From an uncultured Planctomycetota bacterium (GTDB taxonomy: Bacteria > Planctomycetota > Planctomycetia > Pirellulales > Lacipirellulaceae), in the NCBI GenBank assembly GCA_963719315.1, contig CAVRBU010000003.1, forward strand, positions 384,001 to 448,000: a stretch of 64,000 nucleotides of DNA, in the 5' to 3' direction. The notes below the pieces were generated by a model. That model searched no databases. It saw only the letters and a program-made list of their open reading frames with translations, and had not been told where the DNA came from. Position 1 is the stretch's first letter. Each line of letters begins with the position of its first letter. Both the position numbers and the translations under genes were made by a program. This document shows positions 1 through 10,274 of this stretch, in pieces.

Positions 1-1
1 C

Positions 2-466
2 GGCATGCCGAAGGGGCCCGTCACCGTAATGGTCCACGTGGCCAGCGTGTGGGTGCCGTTCACCAGCGAATCGAAGGAGGCGATCGCGAGTTATCCGGAG
101 ATTCAGAAAGAGCTGCGGCTGGCACTGCAGGCGGTCGGCCGGCACCTTGGGACCTACGTGAAGAAGCGGCAGAAAGTGAAACAGCAGGGAGAGCGTCGGC
201 AGATTTTCTTGCGCTATCTGGGGGAAGTGGCGACGGCCGTGAGCGACATCAATGCGGCTGACCGCGCTCAATTGTACGAGCAACTGCTGAGCGTCGCGAA
301 GAAGCGGACGGCGGATGCGGATATGAAGTTGGACGATCGCGGCCGAAGGATTGAAGAGGCCGAAGCGCTCGCGACTCATGAAAACGTGCTGATTGTAGAT
401 CCGACGGAGGTGCCGGCGGCGATCAATCGAGCAGCGACCAATGGACCAAGAACTGACGAAGCATGA
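2..466 (+). CDS. top6B: DNA topoisomerase VI subunit B, C-terminal part (5' truncated by window)
   Basis: Transducer-domain motif VHVASVWVPFTSESKEAIASYPEI; lies upstream of top6A. Confidence 0.92.
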   Translation, partial: GMPKGPVTVMVHVASVWVPFTSESKEAIASYPEIQKELRLALQAVGRHLGTYVKKRQKVKQQGERRQIFLRYLGEVATAVSDINAADRAQLYEQLLSVAKKRTADADMKLDDRGRRIEEAEALATHENVLIVDPTEVPAAINRAATNGPRTDEA

Positions 467-481
467 TTGGAGGAATGAATC

Positions 482-733
482 ATGACCCGAGTCACGATGG
501 ATGCGGAACTGAAAAAGAGGCTCCTTAATTGCACGGAGCCGCTGGAGTTGTGCGATGAGCGGGGCACGGTGTTGGCGCGACTCACTCCGTCAACTCCTTG
601 GAACGACCCAGAAAACTGGGTGGACTTGGGCTCCGACGCGAGCGACGAGGAGATCGAACAGGAGATTAACTCTGGCGAAACCTACAGCACGCAGGAACTC
701 ATCGATCAGATAAAAAAGCTTAGGGGGCTGTAA
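482..733 (+). CDS. Small acidic protein, putative antitoxin
   Basis: 83 aa with GGAGG RBS; its TAA abuts the ATG of a RelE/ParE-like gene. Confidence 0.6.
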   Translation: MTRVTMDAELKKRLLNCTEPLELCDERGTVLARLTPSTPWNDPENWVDLGSDASDEEIEQEINSGETYSTQELIDQIKKLRGL

Positions 734-1000
734 ATGTTTCGCATTCGCTGGCGGAAATCAGTCAGTCGAAAGTTACTTGACGAATGTGCAAACGCGGACT
801 CGGCGCTGCTGAACGAGATTCTGGATGCGATGGCAGATGCTGAATCGATTCTTTGAAACGAACCAGAGTTTGTTGGGGAATCGCGCGATCTCAATAGGCG
901 GTGCTTGATAGTCGATCCAATTTCGGTCATTTACAAGGTAGATAATCGCAATCGACTCGTGATAGTGACCCATGCGTGGGTACACGGCTCAAGGAATTAA
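734..1000 (+). pseudogene. RelE/ParE-like toxin with an internal stop
   Basis: Manual translation MFRIRWRKSV...AESIL*NEPEFVGESR...PISVIYKVDNRNRLVIVTHAW; TGA at 854-856; frame continues to TAA 998-1000. Confidence 0.7.
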
Positions 1001-1023
1001 TCAGCTACTCAAGAACAAACATC

Positions 1024-2184
1024 ATGGCCAAGAGAATCAGCCGGCGCCGTGGCGCGGCAACCGAAGCGAAACAAGCTGCGGCGAAGCTTTCGCTGCGCGA
1101 TAAGAAAACGATGACGAGCATTGTCGGTCTGGCAGACCGAGTCGTCGATGCAGCGGAAAAACGGAAGGATCCGGCGGTCGATATTCCCTCGCGAACGTTA
1201 TCAAACGTGCACTACAGCCCGCGGAAGCGGATTATCGAGATGGGCAATTCGACGAATCGCCGACAGTTGTTCGATCTTTCACAAGCCAAGTCGTACATGC
1301 AAACGATGCTCGTGGCGAGCGGCGCGAAGAAGCTACTCTTGCAAAGCAAATCGACGAGTTTGCGCGGTCTGTTTTACATGCTAAAGCACACGATCGAGGG
1401 GACCAAAGAAAACACGTTCGACGATCAAGGTGAATGCGACCCGGTCGTGGAGGACATCGAGGTCCTTTTGAATACGCTGCGTGAAGAGCTGCATTTGTAT
1501 GCATCCAATCGCGGAACCTTGGTGGGGCCCATCACGCTGGTCGATACGGGCGACACGATCGATTGCTCGCGAATGGGATCCGGCGGCTATAGCATTCCAT
1601 CGATCGTCGAGCCGGAGGTGATGCAGTTCGTCAAGTGCGACGCGAAATTCATTCTGCACGTCGAAAAGGACACGGTTTGGCGGCGTTTCAACGAGGACAA
1701 GTTCTGGAAGAAGCACAATTGCTTATTAACGCACGGCATGGGTCAGCCGCCTCGCGGCGTGCGGCGACTGCTCAACCGCCTGCACCACGAATTGAACCTG
1801 CCGATCTATTGCCTGCTCGATAACGATCCGTGGGGGTACTACATCTACAGCGTCATTAAGCAGGGGTCGATCAACCTGGCGTACGAATCGCAGCGGATGG
1901 CGATTCCGGACGTGCGGTACCTCGGGCTGCGAAGCAAGGACTTTGAGCGGTGTCAACTTTCGGACAGCGTTAAGATCTCGCTGAACGACAACGATAAAAA
2001 ACGCGCGAAGCAGATCGCGAATTACCCGTGGTTTGCGAAAAAGCGCGACTGGCAACGCGAGATCGAGAAGATGCTCAAGAACGACTTCAAGCTGGAAGTC
2101 GAATCGCTGATTTCAAAAGACATCAGCTACGTGACTGAGCAATACGTCCCGGCGCGGCTGGCGGAGCAGGATTGGCTGGATTGA
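1024..2184 (+). CDS. top6A: DNA topoisomerase VI subunit A (Spo11-like)
   Basis: Catalytic-Tyr region TSLRGLFYMLKH; Toprim motifs HVEKD and DNDPWG; KLEVESL; start set at ATG 1024. Confidence 0.95.
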   Translation: MAKRISRRRGAATEAKQAAAKLSLRDKKTMTSIVGLADRVVDAAEKRKDPAVDIPSRTLSNVHYSPRKRIIEMGNSTNRRQLFDLSQAKSYMQTMLVASGAKKLLLQSKSTSLRGLFYMLKHTIEGTKENTFDDQGECDPVVEDIEVLLNTLREELHLYASNRGTLVGPITLVDTGDTIDCSRMGSGGYSIPSIVEPEVMQFVKCDAKFILHVEKDTVWRRFNEDKFWKKHNCLLTHGMGQPPRGVRRLLNRLHHELNLPIYCLLDNDPWGYYIYSVIKQGSINLAYESQRMAIPDVRYLGLRSKDFERCQLSDSVKISLNDNDKKRAKQIANYPWFAKKRDWQREIEKMLKNDFKLEVESLISKDISYVTEQYVPARLAEQDWLD

Positions 2185-2206
2185 ATTAGGGTCGAGAGCC
2201 AGATAG

Positions 2207-2286
2207 GTAGGGTGTGTCGAATCTTCGAGACACACCACAAGGTCATACCAGCATGCGGTGTGTCTTGAAGACTCGACACACCCTAC
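2207..2286. repeat. GTAG-type REP doublet (REPIN-like)
   Basis: GTAGGGTGTGTCGAATCTTCGAGACACACC ... GGTGTGTCTTGAAGACTCGACACACCCTAC; 30-bp inverted arms with 2 mismatches. Confidence 0.85.
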
Positions 2287-2427
2287 TAAAACTCCTGCGG
2301 CTCCGCCTGCTTTCTTGGCACGCAATGCCTGTGAATTAAGCGGCGTCCCGCGCCGACTTCTGGCACGCGCTCCACTTTCTTCGCGAAAACACCCTTGCCA
2401 AGGCAAATTGAGTCCGTGCTAGCTCCA

Positions 2428-2443
2428 CGGCACGGCAGTTGCT
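2428..2443 (+). promoter_or_regulatory. Putative sigma54 (-24/-12) promoter of the amtB-glnK cluster
   Basis: CGGCAC-GGCAG-TTGCT with exact GG-N10-GC spacing, upstream of nitrogen-uptake genes. Confidence 0.7.
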
Positions 2444-2660
2444 TTGCGGGACGCTCTGCGTCTGGCGGGACGCCTAACCTATGCGCTAAGCATTGGCGAT
2501 TTCCATCCTTCTGGAAATTGCCGGAGTAAGTCGAATCGCCCTCCGCGATTTCGATCCGGTGGATTCCACGGGTTGGGGATGGCCCGGTGCACGCTCAACG
2601 CGCTGGCAGTGTGCAAAAATCGGCGCGCCGAAAAACCCTTCTGATGCGGAGACTGAATTT

Positions 2661-4124
2661 ATGGGAAGTACCACTGACTGGGCACGATGTCGATCATGGT
2701 TACTCGCGATCGGCCTGCTAAGCATGTTGATCGCGACATACTGTGCGAACGCGGCGCAAGCACAAGAACAAACACCGGCGGCGGAGCCCGCGGCAGCCAC
2801 ACCCGCCGCGGCGGGACCTGCGGGACTGAATGAGTCGCTGGGCGCAACGTCTCACGCACTGGATACGGTCTGGGTCTTGGTGACGGCGTTTCTGGTGATG
2901 TGGATGCAGGCCGGTTTCGCGTTGGTGGAAACGGGTCTCACGCGCGCTAAAAACGCGGTAAACATCTGCATGAAGAATCTGCTGGACTTTTGCTTCGGCA
3001 CGATGACGTTCTGGATCGTCGGCTTCTCGATCATGTTCGGCGACGGCGGCAGCATGAATAAACTCTGGGGCGGGCTCAACGGAATGTTTTTGAACACCGC
3101 TGAGCCATTCAAATCGCTGGATTGGACGCACGTTCCGTTGGACGCCAAGTTCTTTTTTCAGCTTGTGTTTGCCGCGACGACGGCCACGATTGTTTCCGGC
3201 GCCATGGCCGAGCGGACCAAGTTCACTTCGTACATGCTTTACAGCGCGGTCGTTTCGGCTTGTATTTATCCCGTTTCCGGTCACTGGATTTGGGGCGGCG
3301 GCTGGTTGGCGGACAAGGGATTCTTCGATTTCGCAGGTTCGACCGTCGTGCATAGTTGCGGCGGCTGGCTGTCGCTGATCGGAGCGTTTGTGCTCGGCTC
3401 ACGGCTCGGCAAATTCGATTCGGCCGGCAAGCCACGGGCTATCCCGGGCCACAACCTCGTGTTCGTGACGCTGGGAGTGTTCGTCCTGTGGCTGGGGTGG
3501 TTCGGGTTTAACCCGGGCAGCACCATGTCCGCGGACGCCGGATTGATCGCCAAGATCACGGTGAACACCAACGCGGCGGCGGCGATCGCTTGCATCGCGG
3601 CCGTGTTCACCGCGCGCGCCATGTACGGTAAGTGGGAAGCAACCATGGCGCTCAACGGAGCGCTGGCCGGATTGGTCGCCATCACCTGTCCGTGCGCGTG
3701 GGTTTCGACGTCGTCGTCGGTGATCATCGGCTTGGTGGCCGGTATCTTGGTCGTGCTCTCCGTGGTCGGCATTGAGAAGTTTCTCAAGATCGATGATCCG
3801 GTGGGTGCGATTTCCGTGCACGGCGTCTGCGGCGCCTGGGGCACGTTATCGCTAGGCCTGTTCTCGATTGCCAATGGCGATGCGGCGCCGAAGCCCGGTT
3901 TGTTCATGCCGGGTGGCAGCTCCGAACAGTTGGTTTCCCAGGCCATCGGCGTCGCCGCCGTGTTCGGCTGGGCGATTGTCACGGGAGCGGTGTTGTTCTA
4001 TATCCTCAAAGCCACGGTCGGCTTGCGCGTTTCTCCGGAAGAGGAGCGCGAAGGGCTCGACTACGGCGAGCACGGCAACGAGGCCTATCATGGCTTCGTG
4101 TTCGAGGCCACGACCGAGGGTTGA
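2661..4124 (+). CDS. amtB: Ammonium transporter Amt (copy 1)
   Basis: MQAGFALVETG, DFAGSTVVH, WLGWFGFNPGS, DDPVGAISVHG (twin His intact); GGAGA before ATG 2661. Confidence 0.96.
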   Translation: MGSTTDWARCRSWLLAIGLLSMLIATYCANAAQAQEQTPAAEPAAATPAAAGPAGLNESLGATSHALDTVWVLVTAFLVMWMQAGFALVETGLTRAKNAVNICMKNLLDFCFGTMTFWIVGFSIMFGDGGSMNKLWGGLNGMFLNTAEPFKSLDWTHVPLDAKFFFQLVFAATTATIVSGAMAERTKFTSYMLYSAVVSACIYPVSGHWIWGGGWLADKGFFDFAGSTVVHSCGGWLSLIGAFVLGSRLGKFDSAGKPRAIPGHNLVFVTLGVFVLWLGWFGFNPGSTMSADAGLIAKITVNTNAAAAIACIAAVFTARAMYGKWEATMALNGALAGLVAITCPCAWVSTSSSVIIGLVAGILVVLSVVGIEKFLKIDDPVGAISVHGVCGAWGTLSLGLFSIANGDAAPKPGLFMPGGSSEQLVSQAIGVAAVFGWAIVTGAVLFYILKATVGLRVSPEEEREGLDYGEHGNEAYHGFVFEATTEG

Positions 4125-4592
<468 letters not shown>

Positions 4593-4807
4593 ACGCGGGC
4601 ATTGTGCGGCAATAGAACAGTCCTGTCGTTGCCCGGAAATCTTCGCGGCGACACTCTTGCACCTACCGTGCGCGGCAGCGTACACTGTGCGCCATCATCG
4701 TTCAGTAGCGGACGAATTCTCGTCCAATTTCTATCGTTGGTCATATGGCGGTTCAGGGAGTGCGATGACTCGGGCGGCGCAGGCGGCGCATTTCTACCCT
4801 TCTGAAA

Positions 4808-6313
4808 ATGGAGACTTCTACTATGGAGTGGTTGCATCGATCCGATACACGGCTCGGGTTGTTTTCGATTTTCCTATTCGGTGCTCTGTTGCTCCTAGCA
4901 GCGGGCCGGTCGGCCATCGCGCAAGAAGCGGCGCCCCCGGAGCAGCCGGCCGCTGCGGCCGCAGCCGCGCCCGCCGCCGACCCGGTCGCGGCGCTAGAAG
5001 CAAAGGCCAAGTTCTGGGCCGACACCCTCTGGGTGCTGATCACGGCCATGCTCGTGTTCTTCATGAACCTGGGCTTCGCCTGCGTGGAATCGGGGTTCTG
5101 TCGCGCCAAGAACTGCGTGAACATCCTCTCCAAGAACTTCGTCGTGTTTGCGGTCACGTCGCTGACCTTTTGGTTATTGGGGTTCGGCATCATGTTTGGC
5201 GACGGCAACGACTATTTCGGTATGAGCGGCCTGTGGATGCTCAAAGGCGCGGATAACAGCCCGATGCTCGCGGATGCCTACCAGGGAGTTTACAAGTCAT
5301 TGAACTGGACCGGTGTGCCATTGGAAGCCAAGTTCTTCTTCCAATTGGTATTCGCCGGCACGGCTGCGACGATCGTGTCGGGCGCGGTCGCCGAGCGCAT
5401 TAAATACATTTCGTTCATCGTGTTCAGCGCCTGCATGGCGATCGTGATTTATCCAGTGGTTGGCCACTGGATTTGGGGTGGGGGCTGGTTGGCGCAAAAA
5501 GGTTTTCTGGATTTCGCCGGCTCGACACAGGTGCATTCCATCGGCGGCTGGGCGGCGCTGGTCGGCGTCTATATGCTGGGCCCGCGAATCGGCAAATATA
5601 GGTCGGACGGAAAAGTCCAAGCGATTCCCGGCCATAACATGACGGCCGCCACGATCGGTTGCTTCGTGCTGTGGCTGGGTTGGTTCGGCTTCAATCCGGG
5701 CAGCACGATGGCTGCCAACCCCGATGCGATCGCGCACATCTGCATTACGACCAATACCGCGGCCGCCGCGGCCACGCTCACCGCCACGGCCACCGCCTGG
5801 ATCAAGCTTGGCAAGCCGGATATCGGCATGACGCTCAACGGTTGCCTTGCGGGGCTCGTGGCCATCACGGCGCCGTGCGCCTACGTGAGCGTTTTGTCGT
5901 CGCTGATTATCGGGGCGATTGCGGGCGTGCTCGTCGTTCTCTCGGTGTTGTTCTTCGACCGCATCAAGGCCGACGATCCGGTCGGCGCGACCTCGGTGCA
6001 CCTGGCAAACGGCGTTTTCGGCACACTCTGCGTGGGCCTGTTCGGAGAGCCGGAGATCATGTCCAAAGTGGCCGGCGTATCGTCGAAGGGCGGCCTGTTC
6101 TTCGGCGGTGGCGCCGACCAGCTCGTCGCGCAGCTTATCGGCGTGGTCGCAACCGGAGCGTACGTCGTCGTTGCTTCCGCCGTATGCTGGACGATAATCA
6201 AGGCGACGCTGGGCATGCGTGTTTCGGCCGCGGAAGAGAGGGAAGGCCTCGACTTCGGCGAGCACGGCAACGAGGCTTACCACGGCTTCGTCATGGCCGC
6301 GGAAAGCATGTGA
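4808..6313 (+). CDS. amtB: Ammonium transporter Amt (copy 2)
   Basis: MNLGFACVESG, DFAGSTQVH, WFGFNPGS, DDPVGATSVH, GLDFGEHGNEAY. Confidence 0.96.
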   Translation: METSTMEWLHRSDTRLGLFSIFLFGALLLLAAGRSAIAQEAAPPEQPAAAAAAAPAADPVAALEAKAKFWADTLWVLITAMLVFFMNLGFACVESGFCRAKNCVNILSKNFVVFAVTSLTFWLLGFGIMFGDGNDYFGMSGLWMLKGADNSPMLADAYQGVYKSLNWTGVPLEAKFFFQLVFAGTAATIVSGAVAERIKYISFIVFSACMAIVIYPVVGHWIWGGGWLAQKGFLDFAGSTQVHSIGGWAALVGVYMLGPRIGKYRSDGKVQAIPGHNMTAATIGCFVLWLGWFGFNPGSTMAANPDAIAHICITTNTAAAAATLTATATAWIKLGKPDIGMTLNGCLAGLVAITAPCAYVSVLSSLIIGAIAGVLVVLSVLFFDRIKADDPVGATSVHLANGVFGTLCVGLFGEPEIMSKVAGVSSKGGLFFGGGADQLVAQLIGVVATGAYVVVASAVCWTIIKATLGMRVSAAEEREGLDFGEHGNEAYHGFVMAAESM

Positions 6314-6748
<435 letters not shown>

Positions 6749-6818
6749 CGTTGCAGGTCGTGGGTAAAAGCCAGCGGCGGCACTTCCAGGAGATGCTCTT
6801 GGCGGAACGTGGTATGCT

Positions 6819-8039
6819 GTGAGGGTGAATTGGCACCTTCCCAACGCGCTGCGACGCATCTCGGCCGCGGTCATAGTGCTCGGCTTGCTAATCGGCACCG
6901 CGGCGGCCGGACCGTTCACCGACCTGGTCTTGTTCGGCGACAGCCTCTCGGACGTCGGTAACATTTCAGACGCGACGCCGATTCTTTTTGGTTTGGTCCC
7001 CAAAACGCCCGGTCCCTCCTATTGGAACGGACGCTTTTCGAACGGACCCGTGTATGCTGAATCCTTAACAACCGGGCTGGGCCTGCCGACACTGGATAAT
7101 AGTAGTGCTGGCGGAAAGGATTTCGCCTACGGCGGCGCGCAAACCACCGGCACTGGGTTTCCCGATAACATCGTCGTCCGCGATGTGGATGACCAAGTGG
7201 GCGACTTTTTAGCCGGTCCCGCGGCCGATCCGAATGCCCTGTTCGTGGTATTTGCCGGCGCCAACGATTTGATCGGCGGCCAGACGAACATGAGCGTGCC
7301 CGTCAATAGTTTGCAGGGCAGCATCAACCGGCTCATCATGGACGGCGCGCGGCAGTTCCTGGTCTTCAATCTTCCGCCGCTGGGTTACACACCGCGGTAC
7401 AACGCCAACCAATCGACGCGCGACATATACAACGCGCGTTCGCAACAATACAACGCGGCACTCGCCACGATGCTCGGCGGCGTGCAAGCCGGCAATCCGG
7501 CCGTCACCGTATTTCAATTCGATGTGGCCGCGATGTTCAACCAAGCGCTGGCCGATCCAGCGGCGTTCGGACTGACGAACGTGACCGACTCCGCCGCTCC
7601 TGGCCTGCAACCCGGCGCGAAGTCGTATGACACGAGGCTCATCGTGCCCAATCCGAACCAGTATATGTTCTGGGACGACCTGCACCCGACCGCCGCGGTC
7701 CACGCGATCCTGGCCCAGCGCGCGCTCGATCTATTCCGGCTGCCCGGCGACTTCAATCACGACAACGTGGTGGACGCGGCCGACTACATCGTGTGGCGCA
7801 ACGGCGTCGGCACGGCGTACATCCCGTATGACTACGACGTGTGGCGAGACCACTTCGGCCAAACCGCCGGTAGCGGCGCAGCATCCACCCTCCCCCTTCC
7901 CCCTTCCGCCTTGGATTCCGCCGTGCCGGAGCCAGCGACGCTGCTCTTGCTCGGCTTGGCCCTGTCGGCCCTTGCGCTTGGCAATCGCCACTGCTCTCCA
8001 CCAAGAGCCACCGCCGCGTTGCAGCTCATACGGCATTAA
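6819..8039 (+). CDS. SGNH/GDSL hydrolase with dockerin-like module and PEP-CTERM
   Basis: FGDSLSD, YGGA, GAND, WDDLHPT; GDFNHDNVVDAADYIVWR; VPEPATLLLLGL. Confidence 0.9.
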   Translation: MRVNWHLPNALRRISAAVIVLGLLIGTAAAGPFTDLVLFGDSLSDVGNISDATPILFGLVPKTPGPSYWNGRFSNGPVYAESLTTGLGLPTLDNSSAGGKDFAYGGAQTTGTGFPDNIVVRDVDDQVGDFLAGPAADPNALFVVFAGANDLIGGQTNMSVPVNSLQGSINRLIMDGARQFLVFNLPPLGYTPRYNANQSTRDIYNARSQQYNAALATMLGGVQAGNPAVTVFQFDVAAMFNQALADPAAFGLTNVTDSAAPGLQPGAKSYDTRLIVPNPNQYMFWDDLHPTAAVHAILAQRALDLFRLPGDFNHDNVVDAADYIVWRNGVGTAYIPYDYDVWRDHFGQTAGSGAASTLPLPPSALDSAVPEPATLLLLGLALSALALGNRHCSPPRATAALQLIRH

Positions 8040-8419
8040 CACGCTAATTTCCGCGTACAGTCCTTCCCTCTTCTTGCCCTGCGGTGAGTTTTGCGCGAGG
8101 GCTTTGTGCAATAGGATTCGCAAGTCGTTGGGCGGCAAGGGATTGCGATTTGCGCACACGCGGAAATTTTTTTTCCGCGTGCAAAACCCCTCCTTATTGC
8201 ACGCCGCTCGGGGCGGCGGACCGCTGGAAATCCAGTGGTTTGGGCATCCGTTCGACGTGCAATAGTAGGCGAGTTTGCTCACTAAAAAGCCGGTTCTTGT
8301 CACGTTCTTGGCACGTTTTCGACGCGCATCCCATGGTGCATGCTGCAAATCAAAGCGCAGCATGGGCGTCTGGGCGGCCACATGGCCGTCAGCCGTCAGC
8401 CGACAGCTAATCATTCAGA

Positions 8420-8468
8420 TTTTCAAGGAGCGAACGCCGTCGCAGTGCGGCGTGATGAGACTATAGCA
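8420..8468 (-). promoter_or_regulatory. Extended -10 promoter, hairpin and boxA-like motif (minus strand)
   Basis: Minus strand: TGcTATAGT (8468-8460), ACGCCG..CGGCGT hairpin (8434-8453), GCTCCTTGAAAA (8431-8420). Confidence 0.4.
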
Positions 8469-8545
8469 TTTTCGTGGGTCCCGATCCACAATTATTTTTG
8501 GCCGCGCGGAGAAGACGTGCGGCGGTCGTTAGCGGTGTTTTTTGT

Positions 8546-8622
8546 GACCACGGATAGCGTGGATGGCGCGGATCAGGTTGCGAGACGGAATCTTATCCGT
8601 GCGAGCGGTGTAATCCGAGGTT
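8546..8622. repeat. Degenerate 9-mer (CACGGAT-type) inverted repeat
   Basis: ACCACGGATAGCGTGGATGGCGCGGAT ... ATCCGTG...TAATCCGAGGT. Confidence 0.55.
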
Positions 8623-8708
8623 GACCAGGTGCTCGCATCTGACGAACGTTGGGGCGAACGCGGCCGGGCGTAGCCGTCGCAACCACGGCACGCGCCAGAA
8701 TAAACGAA

Positions 8709-8799
8709 CGGGGTCAGGATTTGATTAAATCGTTCCGACCCGATTTCCGGATTTCACTTTAATTCACCTTCGGTCAGCGATTTGACTCCCGTCCCCTTT
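8709..8799. repeat. Cassette-delimiting palindromes (GGGTCAG/CTGACCC and TGACTCCCGTCCCCTTT types)
   Basis: CGGGGTCAGGAT..GTTCCGACCCG; GATTTGACTCCCGTCC (8779-8794) is identical to 11975-11990. Confidence 0.65.
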
Positions 8800-8945
8800 A
8801 ATTAAAATCTTATGGAAGCGGTCAAACATTTGTGGTTCCACCTAATACGGTAATACGGTATCCGGGATTTTGGGGAACCATCAAGTATCCACTTGGACAA
8901 CGCATGTACATAGGCCCGGGACTTTTCCCGGAGTAATACGCCACG

Positions 8946-9263
8946 ATGCGCTATGCGCGGCATAATTGTATGATCCAGACGCTCGGAATCCTGATGTTTG
9001 CCATCGCGGCGTTCTTTGCTGGGACAAACTTCTATTTTAGCTTCATTGGTCCATGTATTAGTCGGTGGTTTGGCTGGAAGCTGCGCCGCGAATCTGTGAC
9101 TCCTTTCTTGGGAAACTTATTTCTGATTGCAGCCTTAGCGCTGCTCAAATGGTCAGTATTTATTTGGCTAATTGCGATTGTTCTCTGCGCGATAGATACG
9201 GGTGGTATCTTTTGGTTTTGCGCAGTTATGTTCTGGCGAGCGATTATTCAGAGGAAGTCGTAG
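8946..9263 (+). CDS. Small membrane protein (immunity-like, unassigned)
   Basis: 105 aa, about 3 hydrophobic segments, AT-rich. Confidence 0.65.
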   Translation: MRYARHNCMIQTLGILMFAIAAFFAGTNFYFSFIGPCISRWFGWKLRRESVTPFLGNLFLIAALALLKWSVFIWLIAIVLCAIDTGGIFWFCAVMFWRAIIQRKS

Positions 9264-9280
9264 CCCGCTGAGGTAAAAAG

Positions 9281-9589
9281 GTGTTGCCGGAAGGTTATGT
9301 ATTGGAATTTGCTCGTTGGATTCTCGGTGGGCTTTGCTTGGTAATCTTTAGCTTAATCGCTCTGGGGAACTGTGCGGTCGCGTGGAATTGGTTCGTTCAC
9401 CACAAACGAGGTTCGATGTTTCCTGTCTTCGGCGGTCTGTTAGGGGCAATCGGTGTTCTGCTACTTCCAATTGAGAATAGTTCGCAGTGGTGGTGGCTTC
9501 CACCTCTTTTGGATTTGGGATGCGTTCCAATTGTTATTATCTGGTTGGTTGCCTTTCTTGGCCGTTATTTTAGGTATCTGAAGTCGTGA
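9281..9589 (+). CDS. Small membrane protein (immunity-like, unassigned)
   Basis: 102 aa, about 3 hydrophobic segments, GAGG RBS; layout similar to the preceding ORF. Confidence 0.65.
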   Translation: MLPEGYVLEFARWILGGLCLVIFSLIALGNCAVAWNWFVHHKRGSMFPVFGGLLGAIGVLLLPIENSSQWWWLPPLLDLGCVPIVIIWLVAFLGRYFRYLKS

Positions 9590-9598
9590 GTCGCAGAG

Positions 9599-9877
9599 AT
9601 GAAATTTGCAGTTGAATCGAATCAATTCCAACACGCATGGAGCAATCGTATGGTCAGCATCAACCGTGATTGGTTCAATGAAAGATTCGCGTTTAAAGGC
9701 GACGTAGCGGACCTGCAATCCAACCCCGTTCGCCATTACGATCCAACGCTCGGCCGCTGGTTAAGTGAAGACCCGATCGGCTTCAACGCCGATAGTGCGA
9801 ACGTCTGTAGCTACGTTGCACCGCGTCAGACACCTACAGGTCAGAAAAGTGGTCAGAACTATTATCGTCATAAATAG
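9599..9877 (+). CDS. Mini RHS-core-like ORF (copy 1)
   Basis: RHYDPTLGRWLSEDPIGFNADSANVCSYV matches the RHS repeat-associated core motif. Confidence 0.65.
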   Translation: MKFAVESNQFQHAWSNRMVSINRDWFNERFAFKGDVADLQSNPVRHYDPTLGRWLSEDPIGFNADSANVCSYVAPRQTPTGQKSGQNYYRHK

Positions 9878-9891
9878 TTCTGACCCCTTTT
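9851..9891. repeat. Cassette-delimiting palindrome
   Basis: GGTCAGAACTATT-N9-AATAGTTCTGACC (13-bp perfect), then CCTTTT. Confidence 0.8.
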
Positions 9892-9899
9892 CTAACTCC

Positions 9900-10199
9900 A
9901 TGAAGCAACGAATAAAGAACATATTGCTGTCCGGGCTAATTGGCATCTCAGTAACGACGTTCGGTATTATGGTAGCCTATATTTCAGGAGGAAGTTCCAT
10001 CGGTCGCTTATTGTATTGGCAAGGCTATTTGTTGCAGAGTTTCGTGCCAGCTCCTAATCTCGGTCCACCGACCGACCCACACTTTGAAGCAACACCTATT
10101 CACATGTTTGCATTCTTTTTGGGAATTCCACTTGGCATCTTGATTTACTCGATACTATCGTATGCAGTGATATCAATGGCGCAAAGAAAGATGAACTAG
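9900..10199 (+). CDS. Small membrane protein
   Basis: MKQRIKNILLSGLIG...; 2 hydrophobic segments; starts just after the palindrome. Confidence 0.65.
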   Translation: MKQRIKNILLSGLIGISVTTFGIMVAYISGGSSIGRLLYWQGYLLQSFVPAPNLGPPTDPHFEATPIHMFAFFLGIPLGILIYSILSYAVISMAQRKMN

Positions 10200-10274
10200 A
10201 GTGGACGTGTCAAATCCTGGGGCTACCATCTCGATTCTTCTAAAACGGAAACGGAAAACGAAACGGACAACGGG

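Noticed and set aside
854..856. Selenocysteine or recoded TGA in the RelE/ParE-like gene
   Set aside because: Not a redox motif, no evident SECIS hairpin, and TGA is used as a stop elsewhere in the window
2315..2330. Additional sigma54 sites TTGGCACG at about 2315 and 8308
   Set aside because: GG to GC spacing is not 10 nt
7731..8414. 227-aa minus-strand ORF
   Set aside because: Overlaps the SGNH gene antisense, has no recognisable domain, and crosses palindromic DNA
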